Shown: positions 37,226 through 52,271, counted from the stretch's first letter. The stretch is DNA of 64,000 nt from Eledone cirrhosa (GCA_964016885.1 OZ024740.1:232872001-232936000), one strand, 5' to 3'. Notes: generated from the sequence alone by a model not told the origin. Translations and numbers: made by a program.

Positions 37226-37994
37226 TTATATAGCCAAATATATTGCAGTGAAGATAGTACCCGAATTAAACAGCTGGACCAAACATTTTCTATATAATCT
37301 AGCCGGAGTGTTTCACCACGAAATCTGTTGACTAGACATTATCTAGATAATGTTATATCATGCAGTTCATCAATCAACGTGTTGCACCATAGTATCTTCA
37401 AATAATGGGAAGGAGCGTTGGATTTTACCACTCAATGTGTTATGTCAAATATTTTGTATATAATAGTGACGTAGTGGTAACATAAGCTTTGTACAAAATG
37501 TGATGTGTTTCACCAGCCAGGCAGTTATGCTTCTCAATTGTTATATAATAATGCGACGGTTTTTTTACTTGACAGGATGCTGGACCAAAAGGCAATCTGC
37601 AATGAAAATGTTGCACCCTATTACTAATATACACTATTACAAAAGTAGACAGTTTATTTTATAATTTATTCATTTCCACGTTAAGAATATCCCAACATTT
37701 TAATGCTCCTACTTCTTAATCTCATGGATATGGCTTCCATTTAGAGTGTGGAATCATCATGTATTGTTGCTCTGAAATAGCGATGTATATATATGAGTGT
37801 GGTATGGGTCGAATAGTGTTCTACTTCGGAAGTAGGAGCTAAAGAATAAAGTGCCGTAAGATACCAGGTAGACCATAACCCACCATAGTACTCGATACTT
37901 AGGGGTCTGACTCTTTTCCTATTACCCACTCGACTACACTAAGTATCGAGTACTCTGGTGCGTTATGGTCCACCTGGGATCTTACCACACTCTC

Positions 37995-38068
<74 letters not shown>

Positions 38069-38079
38069 ATTTATATATA

Positions 38080-38182
38080 TCATAGATTGAGTTGTAAATT
38101 CAAAATAGTCTTTTACAATTAAGTAGCCCTTTGAGCTACTTAATTGTAAAATACTATTTTGAGTTTATAACTCAATCTATGA
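38080..38182. repeat. Imperfect palindrome adjacent to (TA)n
   Basis: CATAGATTGAGTT..CAAAATAGT..TTTACAATTAAGTAGC pairs with GCTACTTAATTGTAAAATACTATTTTGAG..AACTCAATCTATG. Confidence 0.8.
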
Positions 38183-38385
38183 TAATCTCGGCTCCGTATG
38201 TAGAGTTAACCTTAGTCTCATAAACCCAACTGCTAATTTTAGCGGGATGTGTATGAGACGCGCTAGGCGCTGCAACATGTGCGTTTATATTACCACTTCG
38301 TCCAGTCTTCTTAGATCTTTTGAAGTAAAAGGTACGAATTTTCCTGGATACCCGCAGATGAGCACAGGAATTCTGGTTTTCACTT

Positions 38386-38577
38386 AATAATTGTTTCTAC
38401 TTTAGGCACAAGGCCAGCAAATTACCCAGTGCATTACTGGTACTTTATTTTATCGACCCCGTAAGGATGAAAGGCAAAGTCAACCTCGGCGGGATTTGAA
38501 CTCAGATCGTAAAGGGACGTAACTATGCTGGAAAGCATGGCGTCCGACCCTCTACCGATACTGCCAATCCACTGCCC
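38386..38577 (-). mobile_element. SINE copy
   Basis: Reverse complement of the main SINE, consensus-like. Confidence 0.85.
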
Positions 38578-39390
38578 TTGGCTTTCAGTTAATAATACTT
38601 GCGAAACAGATTTTGGTCTGTCCGGGTATCGAAGGCTATTGAGCTATATAGGTTTGTTATTTTTATTGATTTATTACTTTAAATCGAGTCAGGCAAACCA
38701 TATAGTTTTAACTTAGTATATTTTCAACCTAGCTAACTTGGTCATTTGCAATTGGTACACGTGTATTTATATCTGTATTCATCCCTCTCTTATATACAAT
38801 TATATATATATATATATAAATGTATATATAGTGTATGCTTAATTTAAAGCATTTTGAAGACCTCACGCTATTGTTTTAAAGTAGTGACTATGGATCCTTC
38901 CGAGTGAAAATTAATAGTTTAAGAGAAAGTGACTATCTTTTTTCAACAAACAAAGGGAGATAAGCTGACAGATCTCTGTTTCGTACTGTTAGTACTGCTC
39001 AGAGCTTAGCACGCCCTTTGCCTGCTGAAAATTATGAATGTTGGATTCTTATAGAATTCCAGTAATAATCAGGAACTGATTATACAGAGCGGTTGCCTGT
39101 CCAGCAAAAATTGAAAATTAGAATTGGTGCTCTGAAATAGCGATATATATATGAATGTATATATAATGTATTTTGCAATACACTGTATGCTTAATTAAAA
39201 GCATGTTGAAGACCTTACGCTATTATTTTAAATTAGTGACTATGTCACTTACTTCTTTTTTCAGCAAACAAAGGGAGATAAGCTGACAGATATCTGTTTC
39301 GTACTGTTGGTACTGTTGGTACTCTTCAGAGATTTTAATTAAGCGTGATTGTTTCATATGTTTATTTATATGTTAATCAATTTCTAGTTG

Positions 39391-39461
<71 letters not shown>

Positions 39462-40438
39462 TTTATTTATTCTGAGATGGCCCGCCAGTTCGGTGTTATT
39501 ATTGCAGAGAACCATCTCTTCAAAAAGACACCGAATTAGAAGGCCATCTCCGAATCTATTCTATTCTCTATTTTCTGTTTTCGTTTGCCGTAATCCGGGT
39601 ATTGATTGTCTAATATTTGCAATCCACACCTCATGAGCACGTAGTGAATGTAACTTTAAACTTTAAGATTGCTCGCTTCATATAGTGTCTTTGACTGTCT
39701 TATATAGTTTTATGTCGGTCAGGGTTGTTGTAGAGTAAGATTGTTATGTGATGAGGGGTGTCATATGGGTGTGTGTATATATGTATGTGCGTATGTGTAT
39801 ATAGGTTTGACAGTTGATTTGTATAAATTGGGTTTTTTGAATGCATACATTTGTATGTGTGTATGTACATATGAGAGCTTGTGTGTATAAGGATAATTTT
39901 AGTTTATGGGGTTTATGTGTACAGCGGGGTAGGTGAATACATGTAAAATTAACACATTTAAGGCCACTACAGGGCGCAAACGAATGAAACCTACAAGCAG
40001 GGCCAATTCCACTCTCTGAACAGCGAATGCTTTTTCCCCCAAAAGAAGAACTGATCAACATCATTGCATACAAACGAAGTCGCAGTTTTAAATCAGAGTC
40101 ACCTTCTCCTAGAGAGACTAGGAATCTCCAACTCCACAAAAATGTCTTTATTGGGTGGCCGTTGATTCTGCTCATTTCCTTCGTCCATAGACGGGTTTTG
40201 TTTTTCATACCGCTGAGTGTCGAAATTCATCCTCTTCGCCAAGCAAGGCTGGGGGAGTTGCCAGTTTAGTGGCCGACGACCCGACCATATGATATATGAG
40301 AATTTCTATATCTATTTATAAATAAACATTTTGAAAGCCTTCCGCTATGAATTTGGAAACTGATGGCATAGCGCACTCTAGCGGATTCCAGCAGAAGCTA
40401 AGGATAGGTAACTGACGACAATGATACCATCGTTTCTG

Positions 40439-40480
<42 letters not shown>

Positions 40481-40491
40481 TCTCCCCATTT

Positions 40492-40531
<40 letters not shown>

Positions 40532-41078
40532 ATAATAATAAAATTGAAGACTAAATCCAAAGAACGTCTCTATGCACCACTTAGAGAACATTAGTCTACA
40601 ACCTCTTTTATACCATAAACGTGGTTCTGTCCTTGCACGTAATTGTTTTTCACCGCTCCTATTAATGACGTATTATTCGTTTTTTCCCGTTCTTTGCCAG
40701 CGAACGTCACCATGAACCAAAGTATCGTCTTCCTGTCTTCCTCCGGTTGCAACGTTTTTTGAAATATCCAGTTCTGCGTTTACAGATTGACTTTGTTAGT
40801 TTCAGAAGATCCCGTTAAGGGTGAAAGCAGCGATTCTTTGCTTAAACTTTAATCTGTTATTTTGATAAATATATATATATATATATATATATACAAATAA
40901 TGCTAATAATATTATTTATACTGACACTGTTCATAATATAGTATCTTAATGAATGTTCTAAAACCTAGGAATGTTATTACTTGTTTAAACATTGTGTAAG
41001 CTCCGATGATATCAGACAATTATATGGAAGAAACGATCGTCAGCAATTAAATGTATTAAGCAAAAATTTGGTTTTTTG

Positions 41079-41112
<34 letters not shown>

Positions 41113-41379
41113 CATGTATGTGTGTGTGTGGGTGGGGGGGGGGGCGTTTTGTGTTTGGACTTAAAAGCAAGCAAAGAATAACCGTATGTATATATGTTTA
41201 TATATTGCATATTATATAGATCTGCCAGCATGTCACATGATGGTCTGGTCTTTGTTGTAAGTAGGGATGCCTCACGTGCCCGAATTTAAAATCACGCCCT
41301 AGAAAAAAGAAAGAACGTAACTAGGATAAATAGATAGACAGATAGAGAGTTTAATATATTATAGATAGATAGATAGATA

Positions 41380-42799
41380 TATTTCTTTTATTTGCCACTA
41401 GGGCATCAAAAGTGGGACAAGTACAAAGGGGGGAGTTTACACAAAAAGGCGTCCTCAATAAGGAGGAGGCAATAACAAAATATAAAAATAAAATAAGATA
41501 TAACAAAAAATAAAATTTTTAACAAAATCCTCAATAGAGAGGAGGCGCCTTGGGGGGTCGCACACACCCCCGAAAAAAGTGTGCAACCCTTCTCCTCAGG
41601 AGCACAGAGAAGGGGTGCTCCCTTGGTCTTTCATCTTCCTCACCTATAGTCTGATGTAGAGTGAAGGCCCATTCACACGGGCCATTCTCGCCACTTTCAC
41701 CCATCTTTCATAGAAACGGCTGGGGTGCAGCACCTCTCTCTCCATCCTGATCCTTCTTCCGAAATGATATCGGAAGAAACGGACCAGTTGTTGGCCAGAG
41801 AGAAAGGTGCCTGACCTCAGTCCTTTCAGACGCGTCCACCATACAACCTCTTTCGCCATGGCTATTACGCACAGAAACACCGCCTCTGCTTCATCTTTGA
41901 AGGGGGGAGGCGGCTTGATCATTACAATAGACTCGGTGGTCAACCGGATCGGTTCCACCCTTGACAGCAGTTGTTCGACATAGCCCCACAGATCGGCTAC
42001 GCCCGAGCAGTGTACCAATGCGTGTGCAACGGTTTCCTCGTCGCACACGCATCTGGGACAGATCTTTTTGGCGGGGTCCCTACCCGGGCGCCCGTGTCTG
42101 TAGAGCCTTTCTCGAACGGGTAAAGCCCCTCGGTAGCACTGCCAGGCCAGGGACTTCTGGAAGTTGTCCATAGGTCCCGGGCTGAATGTCCTACCGAACA
42201 GGCTGGCCAGTTCGTCCTCCTCCATGTCTAGGGCTTCTCCGAGGGCGTCGTCGCACCTGCTGCGTACCAGCCCTCTATAGAATGTTGCGGTGGAGTCTCC
42301 ACTGATAACCGGATCCGCCTGCCAGAGGGCGGTGAGCGCCTGGGCACACTCAGTGTGCCAGGCGCCCAGTTTTCTCGGTCTTTGCTTGACCCAGGATTGC
42401 AGCTCGGTGAGTGAGACGAGTCTGGGAAAGGTTCGCCTCACAAACGAGGCCCACACCGGTTGTCCGGTGAGGAATACGTAGAGGTGCCGTAGCCTTAATG
42501 CGTGTTTACGCATCATTAGCCACGGCATCCCCAGCCCTCCTTTCGAAGGGTGTTGACAGCAGATGGATCTCCTCACCATAGGAGCCCGCCTCTTCCAAAG
42601 GAATTGGAAGAGCGCGCGCTCCATCTTGGTGAGGGTTTCCCTTGGGCAGGGCACTACGGTCAGGCGGTAGTAGATGACGGACGCTATGTAGGTGTTCGCC
42701 ACCTCCGCCCGACCTTTCAGGGATAGTTTGCAACTGGCCCACTTCTGGGTCAGTGCAAACACCCTGTTCGTAACCTCCGCCCAGTTTTTCTCCACCTGG

Positions 42800-42800
<1 letters not shown>
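41380..42800 (-). mobile_element. 5'-truncated Tx1/L1-type LINE (ORF2 C-terminus, uninterrupted 383-aa frame 41644-42795, plus 3' UTR)
   Basis: KLSLKGRAEVAN, GGLGMP and CPRC..DEETVAHALVHC motifs; AATAAA near the 3' end; GATA/TAGA repeats on both sides. Confidence 0.88.
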
Positions 42801-42863
<63 letters not shown>

Positions 42864-43244
42864 GGATGGATATATATATATATATAAATAAATAGATAGT
42901 AAGTTAGATAGATAGAAAGATAAATAGATAAATAGATAGATAGATATATAGCTAGAAAGGGAGAAAGAGAGAGACAGCCAGTATAAAGGAAGGCACCGCC
43001 ATCATTATCCTTAGCATTAACCACTACGGTCCTCTTGGGACCAGTTCCTAAATAAAGGTTTCTTTTCAAAAGCCTTTCAAGCTAGCCTGTTATTGGAATT
43101 TATTTTCAGTCATGGAGCAAGTGAGGGAAGACAAGCAAGTGATTTCACCCTCGAAGAGCACACCATCAGCAACAAGAGTGAAAAGTAGCAGGGCGTATAA
43201 TAACTATTTGACAACGAACTGGGTGGTCTTTAGGGTGGCTGTAA

Positions 43245-43294
<50 letters not shown>

Positions 43295-43322
43295 CCTATA
43301 TATATATATATATGTGTGTGTG

Positions 43323-43353
<31 letters not shown>

Positions 43354-43448
43354 ATATACATATCTATATATATACATACCTATATATATATATATATGTG
43401 TGTGTGTATATATATATATGTATGTGTGTATATATATATGTATATATG

Positions 43449-43565
<117 letters not shown>

Positions 43566-43567
43566 GA

Positions 43568-43598
<31 letters not shown>

Positions 43599-43612
43599 CA
43601 TACATATATATG

Positions 43613-43672
<60 letters not shown>

Positions 43673-43684
43673 CACGCATAAATA

Positions 43685-43766
<82 letters not shown>

Positions 43767-44411
43767 CACACATAAATATATATTTATATATATATATGCA
43801 TGCACATATATATGTATGTATATATGTATGTATATCTGTATAATATACATCCACCCCACGTACCACACACACACACACACAAACCTACACACACGTTTGT
43901 ATAACTGGATATCAATTGGCTTTGATGACTACAAATCCAGCTGGTTGATCGACTATACTGCCAGTAATTGAGATAATTGTGTAAATGGCTGTGTATTATA
44001 TATATATATATATGTGCATCCTTAATGTACGGAATCAGCGTGACAGAGTGTGTTCAGAAGCTGACCCTTTTGAATTACTGGTACAGTTCATATGAGAATA
44101 TTCCAGTTTCCGTCAAAGCAATTTTTGTCGACATCAGGCCGTAGTGAAAGTTGCTTGACTAGGATTTCATACTATCGGTTCAAACTTCGAACTCTCTGAC
44201 TACAAAGTGTAGTTCTTAACCATACATGTGCGTGAATAAATGCATACAATCGCACACACACATATAGATATATACATACACATATGTATATATATTCTCT
44301 TTCTCTTTCTCTCTTTCTCTCTCTCTATCTATCTATCTATCTATCTATCTATCCATCCCCCTCTCACCCCTTTCTCTCTCTTTCTCTCCCTACATACATA
44401 TATATACATAA

Positions 44412-44476
<65 letters not shown>

Positions 44477-44477
44477 C

Positions 44478-44509
<32 letters not shown>

Positions 44510-44512
44510 ATG

Positions 44513-44564
<52 letters not shown>

Positions 44565-44724
44565 CATATATATATATATGTATATATATATACATATACA
44601 TATATATATGTGTATATATATATATACACACATATATATATATATTTAACTGCTCGGAAATGCCCCTTTTCTTGGAGCTTGATTATTGTAAACGACTGAG
44701 AGTTTATTCTCAAAATATAATATA

Positions 44725-44830
<106 letters not shown>

Positions 44831-44930
44831 TCTGCTATACACACACACACACTTATCTTAATAGCCATTTGACACACATCGCTGCTGGCCATTGTCGCAG
44901 CATCGAACACCTTACTACTACTACTACACA

Positions 44931-45048
<118 letters not shown>

Positions 45049-45608
45049 ACACACACACACACATATTTGTTGTGAAAGAGTCATTTCTCAATCTTGGCGC
45101 AAAACCAATTTTTTATTCACATGACCTCTACCGACCAATCAAAATTGTTTTGACCAAGAATTTTTGCTGGAGTCACTTTTTTAACATAAAAACAGTCTTG
45201 GCGCAAAATCAACTTTTTACATTCACATGACCTCTAGCGACCAATCAAAATTGTTTTGACCACAAGAATTTTTGCAACACAAAAATAACGCTGGAGCCCC
45301 TTTTTTAACATAAAAACAGGTAGAATTCCCAAAACTAATCAGATCAGAGCAAACAGCACGGACACGCTATCTCAAAATTATTTTTGAAAAGCATTTAGAA
45401 ATGCGCAACCGGTAAAAACTTAAAACCACATCTGAATACTAACCCATACAATCACTAATACTCTTTTATTCCTAATTAAACCATTTTTCAACTGTGAACA
45501 ATTTGTCAGCATTTTCTATTCCAATATATAATAACTTGTGTGTTACACCTCATTCTTTTAACTATATATATATATATATATATATTCATATATATATATA
45601 TATATATA

Positions 45609-45642
<34 letters not shown>

Positions 45643-45872
45643 TATATATATATATATATATATATATTCATATATATATATATTCATATATATATATATA
45701 TATATATATTCATATATATATATATATATATATATATTCATATATATATATATTCATATATATATATATATATATATATTCATATATATATATTCATATA
45801 TATATATATATATATATATTCATATATATATATTCATATATATATATATATATATATATTCATATATATATA

Positions 45873-45949
<77 letters not shown>

Positions 45950-45951
<2 letters not shown>

Positions 45952-46238
45952 CAAATTGGCAGATTCGTTAGAACGTCGGATGGAATGCTTTACGGCATTC
46001 ATTCCGGCTCTCTTCTCTCCGAGATCAAATTCCGCCCAGGTCAATTTTGTCGTTCATCCTTTCGAGGTTGAAAAAAAAAGAGTACCATTCTAGTACTGAG
46101 GTCGATTCTTCTCGCTATGAAAGAAATCTCCTGTACTTAGGCCTAGGGAGAGTAGGCCTCCACCAGGCTTAAAATGCCCAAGAAACCCTGTATGTCTTTA
46201 CGGCGCTCCTCCGTATCTGTTAGGAGTTACGGGACCAC
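45950..46238 (+). mobile_element. Older SINE subfamily with a distinct 3' tail
   Basis: tRNA-like head plus TTCATCCTT core, then a tail ending GGAGTTACGGGACCA; second copy at about 49842-50170. Confidence 0.6.
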
Positions 46239-46265
46239 ACACACATATATATCTATATATCTCTC

Positions 46266-47002
46266 TCTATATATAAGCGAAGATGTGTGTGTGTCTGTGG
46301 ACACATTTGGACACCTAAGGCTTTTACAATTCCCAACAGAATTTGACAACATTTTCTGTGCACGTTGCACCTGTCGCTAAGATTATCACATCCGAAATTT
46401 TTTCAAATCGACCCATGTTGACCAATAAAAAATCGATAGCAAAATTATTTTTTCTAAAGTGCATGATGTAAGGGAGATAACAATGGAGACAAAATCCTTA
46501 TGAGATTTTCCATGCAAATGAAAAGTTGCAATTACTTTTACATTTTTCGAGCTTTTTTTACCAAATGTGAGGCAGGCATTGCCTATGCCGTCGAGGTAAT
46601 ACAAGAAGATTATTTTTCCTAAAGTGTCTGCTGTTTGGGAGAAATCAATCTAAAAACAATCATTATGGGATTTTCCATTCAAACCGTTGGGACCTACAAC
46701 TTTTACATTTTTAAAGTTATTTCGTCCACATTTGAGGCAGGCATTATCTATGCTTCCAGGATATTGTGAATTTATTAAAAAAACTATTATTACAATGAAG
46801 AAATCAGTTAAAACAAAATGTTCCTTCATTATCAGCATAGTTTTATGTGTACAAAGATTGCACTAAATATTCATTTGCATTAATTATTGAAGACTTGTGC
46901 TTATTTTGACAGGTTGGGGACAGATAATTTTCTTCTTTTACTTCCTAGCTGTATATTCTTAGCATAATTTCAAACCCCGGGCAACGTCGGATAAATTGTT
47001 AG
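46266..47002 (+). mobile_element. Non-autonomous Helitron with internal direct duplication
   Basis: 5' TCTATATATAAGCGAAGATGTGTGTGTGTCTG; 3' CCCGGGCAACGTCGGA hairpin then TTAG|T. Confidence 0.6.
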
Positions 47003-47027
47003 TATATTTATATATATATTATATTTA

Positions 47028-47075
<48 letters not shown>

Positions 47076-47613
47076 CGTGTTTGTGTGTTTGTTTGTGTGT
47101 ATTTGTATATTGTTGCGTTTTTCAGTGTTTGTTTCATTTTCCAGACTTCTTCCTATGAAATCATGTTGAAACCTATATTATTCTAGATGGGGTTAATTAT
47201 TAATCAGATAATTATAAAGTATTATTAATCTGATAATTCATCCACCCGTCATTTGTATAATCAACTAATCCAGTAGTTATGTAATCGTCAATTATCTTAA
47301 CTAATTGATTGCAGACCTGTCAACCTCTTAAAACCAAAGTGGGGAGTACAATGAAAAAAGGGTCCCTAAATGAGGAGAAATGAGTCAAAACGGGAAGATT
47401 TTACATAATGAAAACTATAGTGATTTTCACAAGCGAAGACATCTCACACCCACTCCAAAGTGGGTGTGAGATCTCCTCGTCGGACGGGGAGAGTTCACAG
47501 ATCTGTGGTTGGGTGATTAACCAACTGGTGAATGAATTAATTACCGGGTTAATCTTAAACACGTGAGTGTGTTTCAACTGGTAACATAGCCCTCTCGAAG
47601 TACAGCAATATAT

Positions 47614-47712
<99 letters not shown>

Positions 47713-47717
47713 CGTGC

Positions 47718-47752
<35 letters not shown>

Positions 47753-47959
47753 TGCGTGTGTGTGTGTGCGTGTGTGTGTACGTGTGTGTGTGTTTGTTTG
47801 TTTCTTTGTACGTGAGTGTATGTGTATACCAACATAATATCGTCAAAACCAATTGAAAGAGAATAATTTAATAATTCCTGCTTTACAGTTTATGTGAAAC
47901 GTTTGAATCTCAGAATTTTTGTTAACTTTCGTAGACTTCAATCTGTTTCGATTTAGCAC

Positions 47960-49020
47960 CATTTATCCGAACACAAATACTTGGGCATTCGTATAGTGAC
48001 ATCAGGGCAAGAATAAGCAGATCATTGATCCCGTACTCCTGCAGAACCTTTCATGGCCAGGTCCATGGAACGCGGTCATATGCCTTTCCGAGGTCTACAA
48101 AGCAAAAATACACCTCTTGGCCGTACTCCCACGATCTCGCAAAGACCTGACGCCATGAGAATATTTGTTCATCAGCTAGCTTAGACTCGACAATATCTCT
48201 ACATCTCTTTGCCAGACACTTAGCATCCAGGCCACTCGGCACAAATGAGTCAGCCAGTGAATAATTTCTTTTAACATCTCGGACCGAATTTTATCCGCTC
48301 CAGTGACCTTGCTACTTTTCAACTCTCTAATTGCTCTTGTCGCCTCCGCCTCCGAGAGATTAGTCATCGCTTTCAGATGCATCCGGTGATCCGGTGTACA
48401 TCAGCAGATGCTGTTGTGATCGGGTTTAGGAATTCAGCAAATTATTATCACCACCTCACGAGGATGCACCTCTCTGGAGAGAGGATAAGCCCAGAGGCGT
48501 TCCCCGATAGCAGGTGTGGAGGACTTCTTATTACGAAATCGGCGGATGTCTTCCAGAACACATTATTTGCTCATCTGAAGTCGGTTCCACCTTAACCCCC
48601 AAGTTCTCCAATGTCTGAACTTGGGACGCCTTTACTGTCTCTGCTGCGTTTCTTCGTGCCTGCTTGAACCGCAAATGCAAGAAGGACATATTTCTAATCC
48701 AAGCTTTGTATGCCTCCTCCTTCTTTGCTCATGTGTCATCTTTGACCTCTTGATTAAATAAAGGGGACCTTCTGCCATCCGGTGCCACATCAAGCCTCTT
48801 TTGCCCGCAGTATTTAACAGCTGAAGCAGAAACTACTTTTCAACATCATCAGTTTACTCAAAGAATTCACTGAATTTGGATGCAATTGTATCTCGATACT
48901 TTATCTTGACTTCCTTATCCGCCAACGCTTCCTAATTTATCCTGTATATGTTTTAGCACCAGCCAACGTTTCCCAGTTTATCCTTTATGTCTACCTGGAC
49001 CTGCTAGTTTTATGGGCATC
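47960..49020 (-). mobile_element. RTE-clade LINE fragment
   Basis: GADKIRSEMLK, WLTHLCRVAW, CFVDLGKAYDRVPW; related to 14700-16040. Confidence 0.8.
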
Positions 49021-49841
49021 TTTGGATTTATGTAGTCTCAAATTGTAGATAACTAGATTGTAGAGTTAGAGCGCAAGGTAAAATGTCTTAGAACATTCTG
49101 GCATTTTATTGTTGACGAGGGTTATGTTCAAATCCTACCGAGGTCAACTTTCATCCTTCCGAGGTCGATTTTCCACCCAATTTATTAGACTTGTGGCTAA
49201 ATTAGAAATAATTAATATCAGAGAAAAATTATCATCATCATCATTTTCATACGTGTGGCAAAGGAGTGTGATTCATAATTAAATTAGCAGTTTCATTTTA
49301 TATGTAATAATCAAGTTCCCTGGACTTGTGCAGTCCATGATTTGCCTCTCGAAATGTTTGACCTTGTGTACATAATTGTTTTAGATATCTATGGCAAAGC
49401 ACGTGTCCGTCCGTTTAAATCAATTACAAAAATTTCATATTTCTGGAGTTTATGGTGGATAACATTTAATGTTTATATTAAGACTAATTCATTCTTCAAT
49501 CTTCCTTAAAAAACAACGATAGAGAGAGATTAGTTTGAGAGTATTTGGTTTCTAATTCTGGCATATTTTAATATATAAAAGAACGCAAATCCAAAATTAT
49601 CCCAATTCTGAACCTGTTAACTAAGGGTAAAAATAACATTTTTGGCTGCTATTTCTAGCGAGCTGAGCGATTACATGATGTCTTCCTCATTGGTTCGTTA
49701 TTGCTGTTGATGTTGAATTAGTATCAGATCAATCTACCACTTCCAAGATGCACACGGTAAGAGTATATGATCATGAGTTGTGTTTACATATACATACATA
49801 TATATATATATATGCGTGTATGTATCTACAATATGGATGTC

Positions 49842-50170
49842 AGCGAATTGGCAGAGTGGTGACAACGTCAGAGAGAATGCTTTATAATATTCGTTCCGTC
49901 TCTCTGCTCTCGGAGTTCAAATCCCACTAAAGCAAATTTTGTCGTTCATCCTTCCGATGTCGATAGAAAAGTACCACGCAGGTACTGGGATCGATTCTTC
50001 ATCTATATCTCTTTCTCATTTCCTCTCTCTCTCTTATATTTTATCTTTCTCTGGAAGAAATCTGCTCTACTCAGGACTGGAGAGTGATGGGCTCCACCAC
50101 GCTTAAAATGCATAAGACACGCGGTTTGTCAGTACGGCGTCTACGACTCTAAGGAGTTACGGGACCATAC
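49842..50170 (+). mobile_element. Older SINE subfamily copy
   Basis: Homologous to 45950-46238. Confidence 0.6.
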
Positions 50171-50295
50171 AAACATGCATGGTAAATATATTGTTTGATC
50201 ATGACAAAGGGAACAAAATTAAAGTACGTTAGTATTTAACTATTTTATAAAGGTTCCTTCTCCTTGGAAATCTTTTTAATTTATATTAATATTAT

Positions 50296-50402
50296 TCGCC
50301 CAGGCTAACTTTGCCTTTCATCCTTACGCGGTCGATAAAATAAAGTACCAGTAATGCACTGGGTAATTTGCTGGCCTTGTGCCTTAAGTAGAAACAATTA
50401 AT
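50296..50402 (+). mobile_element. 5'-truncated SINE
   Basis: Core and tail only. Confidence 0.75.
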
Positions 50403-50455
50403 ATTATTTGCTCCGATCTCTTATATACGTCAGAATTTATACAATTATGTTTACA

Positions 50456-50609
50456 TAAGAGGAAGACCAAGGTTAACGTATGTTGATGCCCTCAGGACAG
50501 ACACTGGTCTGTTGGAGACGCAGGACATGGCAGCGATAATGAGGGACAGAAACCGCTGGAGAGAACTCGTCCATGGATCTCCGGAATTTTACCCGCCTTA
50601 GATAGATAG
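50456..50609 (+). mobile_element. Extremely 5'-truncated RTE/RTEX-type LINE end with (TAGA)n tail and 9-bp TSD
   Basis: RGRPRLTYVDALRTDTG...MRDRNRWRELV*; TSD ATGTTTACA at 50447-50455 and 50610-50618. Confidence 0.8.
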
Positions 50610-50905
50610 ATGTTTACAATGTGTGGCATATATTAAACCAATGAGAAAGAATTATATATAGACAGGTAAGGGTTTAGCTTGTCGGAGATAAGGAAGAAGA
50701 AAGACATAGAAAATGTGAGAGAGCGAGTTTAACTATAGAAGACTGAGAAAAAGGACTGGGTGGAGGTAGAAATGGAGTAAGTAAGATATAGAATTAAAGA
50801 TAAATTATATGAGTCAGAAATATATGGAAAGTGGGGTGGAATATAGGATGTAAAATTTGGAGACAATAAGAGAGGGTGTGACGCGTGTACACACACACAC
50901 AAACT

Positions 50906-50955
<50 letters not shown>

Positions 50956-51048
50956 AATTGTTTCTACTTTTGGCACAAGTCCATCAATTACCCAGTGCAT
51001 TACTGGTACTTTATTTTATCGACCCCGTAAGGATGAAAGGCAAAGTTA
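50956..51048 (-). mobile_element. 5'-truncated SINE
   Basis: Tail and core on the - strand, within an (AAT)n tract. Confidence 0.75.
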
Positions 51049-51200
51049 TAATAATAATACTCCTTCATTACGTTTATTGGTTGATGACGCACGTTTCGTT
51101 ACTGATCAGCTCAAGGTTCGATTTGTATCGATTTGGCCCGACTCTGGAATCAATAGCTCGTCCGACCTCTGTAGTAGTATTCACTCCATGGATATATATA

Positions 51201-51289
<89 letters not shown>

Positions 51290-51987
51290 GGAAAGAGAGA
51301 GAGAGAGATACTTGAGCATAACTGTTGCAAGAAAAGATTACACACATATGCGTGCGCATGCAATGATATATGTAAATATTCGATATCGTTCATTGTTTGA
51401 TCTCTGAGTTCATATATTCATTTCTCGAGATTTAATCAACTTTTATCAAGAGTGGTGTATGTCTGCTTATGTGCCGGGGACTGACAGTTATTTTACATGA
51501 AAAACTAATATGTTACTAGAACAAACTAAGGACTACGTCTCTTTGCGTAGTACATGTACCGAACCGAAAATAATTTATACGAATGGACGATATTTTTAAA
51601 GTAGTGTTGAACTGGGCTTCTAAATATAGGGTTGGCATATAAATTCAGTGATTTGAGTAAAATTGATGATTTTGCATATTATTTTGAATTTTAGATTTGG
51701 GATCGGTATTTTCTGAGTGTCGCAAATTTTCCTTGAAAGGAGACATTTTTGCGATTGAACATTTAAAATAAACCCACAGATTTACAATTCAAAATAATTG
51801 AGCCAAACAATACTGTCAGGTTAAACTAATAAGACAAGGATTTTATTGTACCATACAGAAAGATGATTTAGTGGCTATTTAAAAAAAGGGGTGGGCATGA
51901 ATAGAATCTGTATATATGTGTATGTATATATGTATGTGTGCGTGTGTGAGAGAGAGTGATTGTTTGTGTATGCGTGTATCTGTGTAT

Positions 51988-52071
<84 letters not shown>

Positions 52072-52271
52072 AGGGGTAAAGAGTAGGAACAAAGAAAAGT
52101 GAAGAGACTAGAAAGAAAGATATATGAATAAATATATAAACAAAAGAAAAGAAGAATCGACCCATGCACTTGTCTAGCACTTCATTTATCTACTGTGGGA
52201 TAATACATTATAAATTGACTTCGGGTAGATTTCAAATCAGGATTCTGATAACTGGATCGAATGCCATAAAA

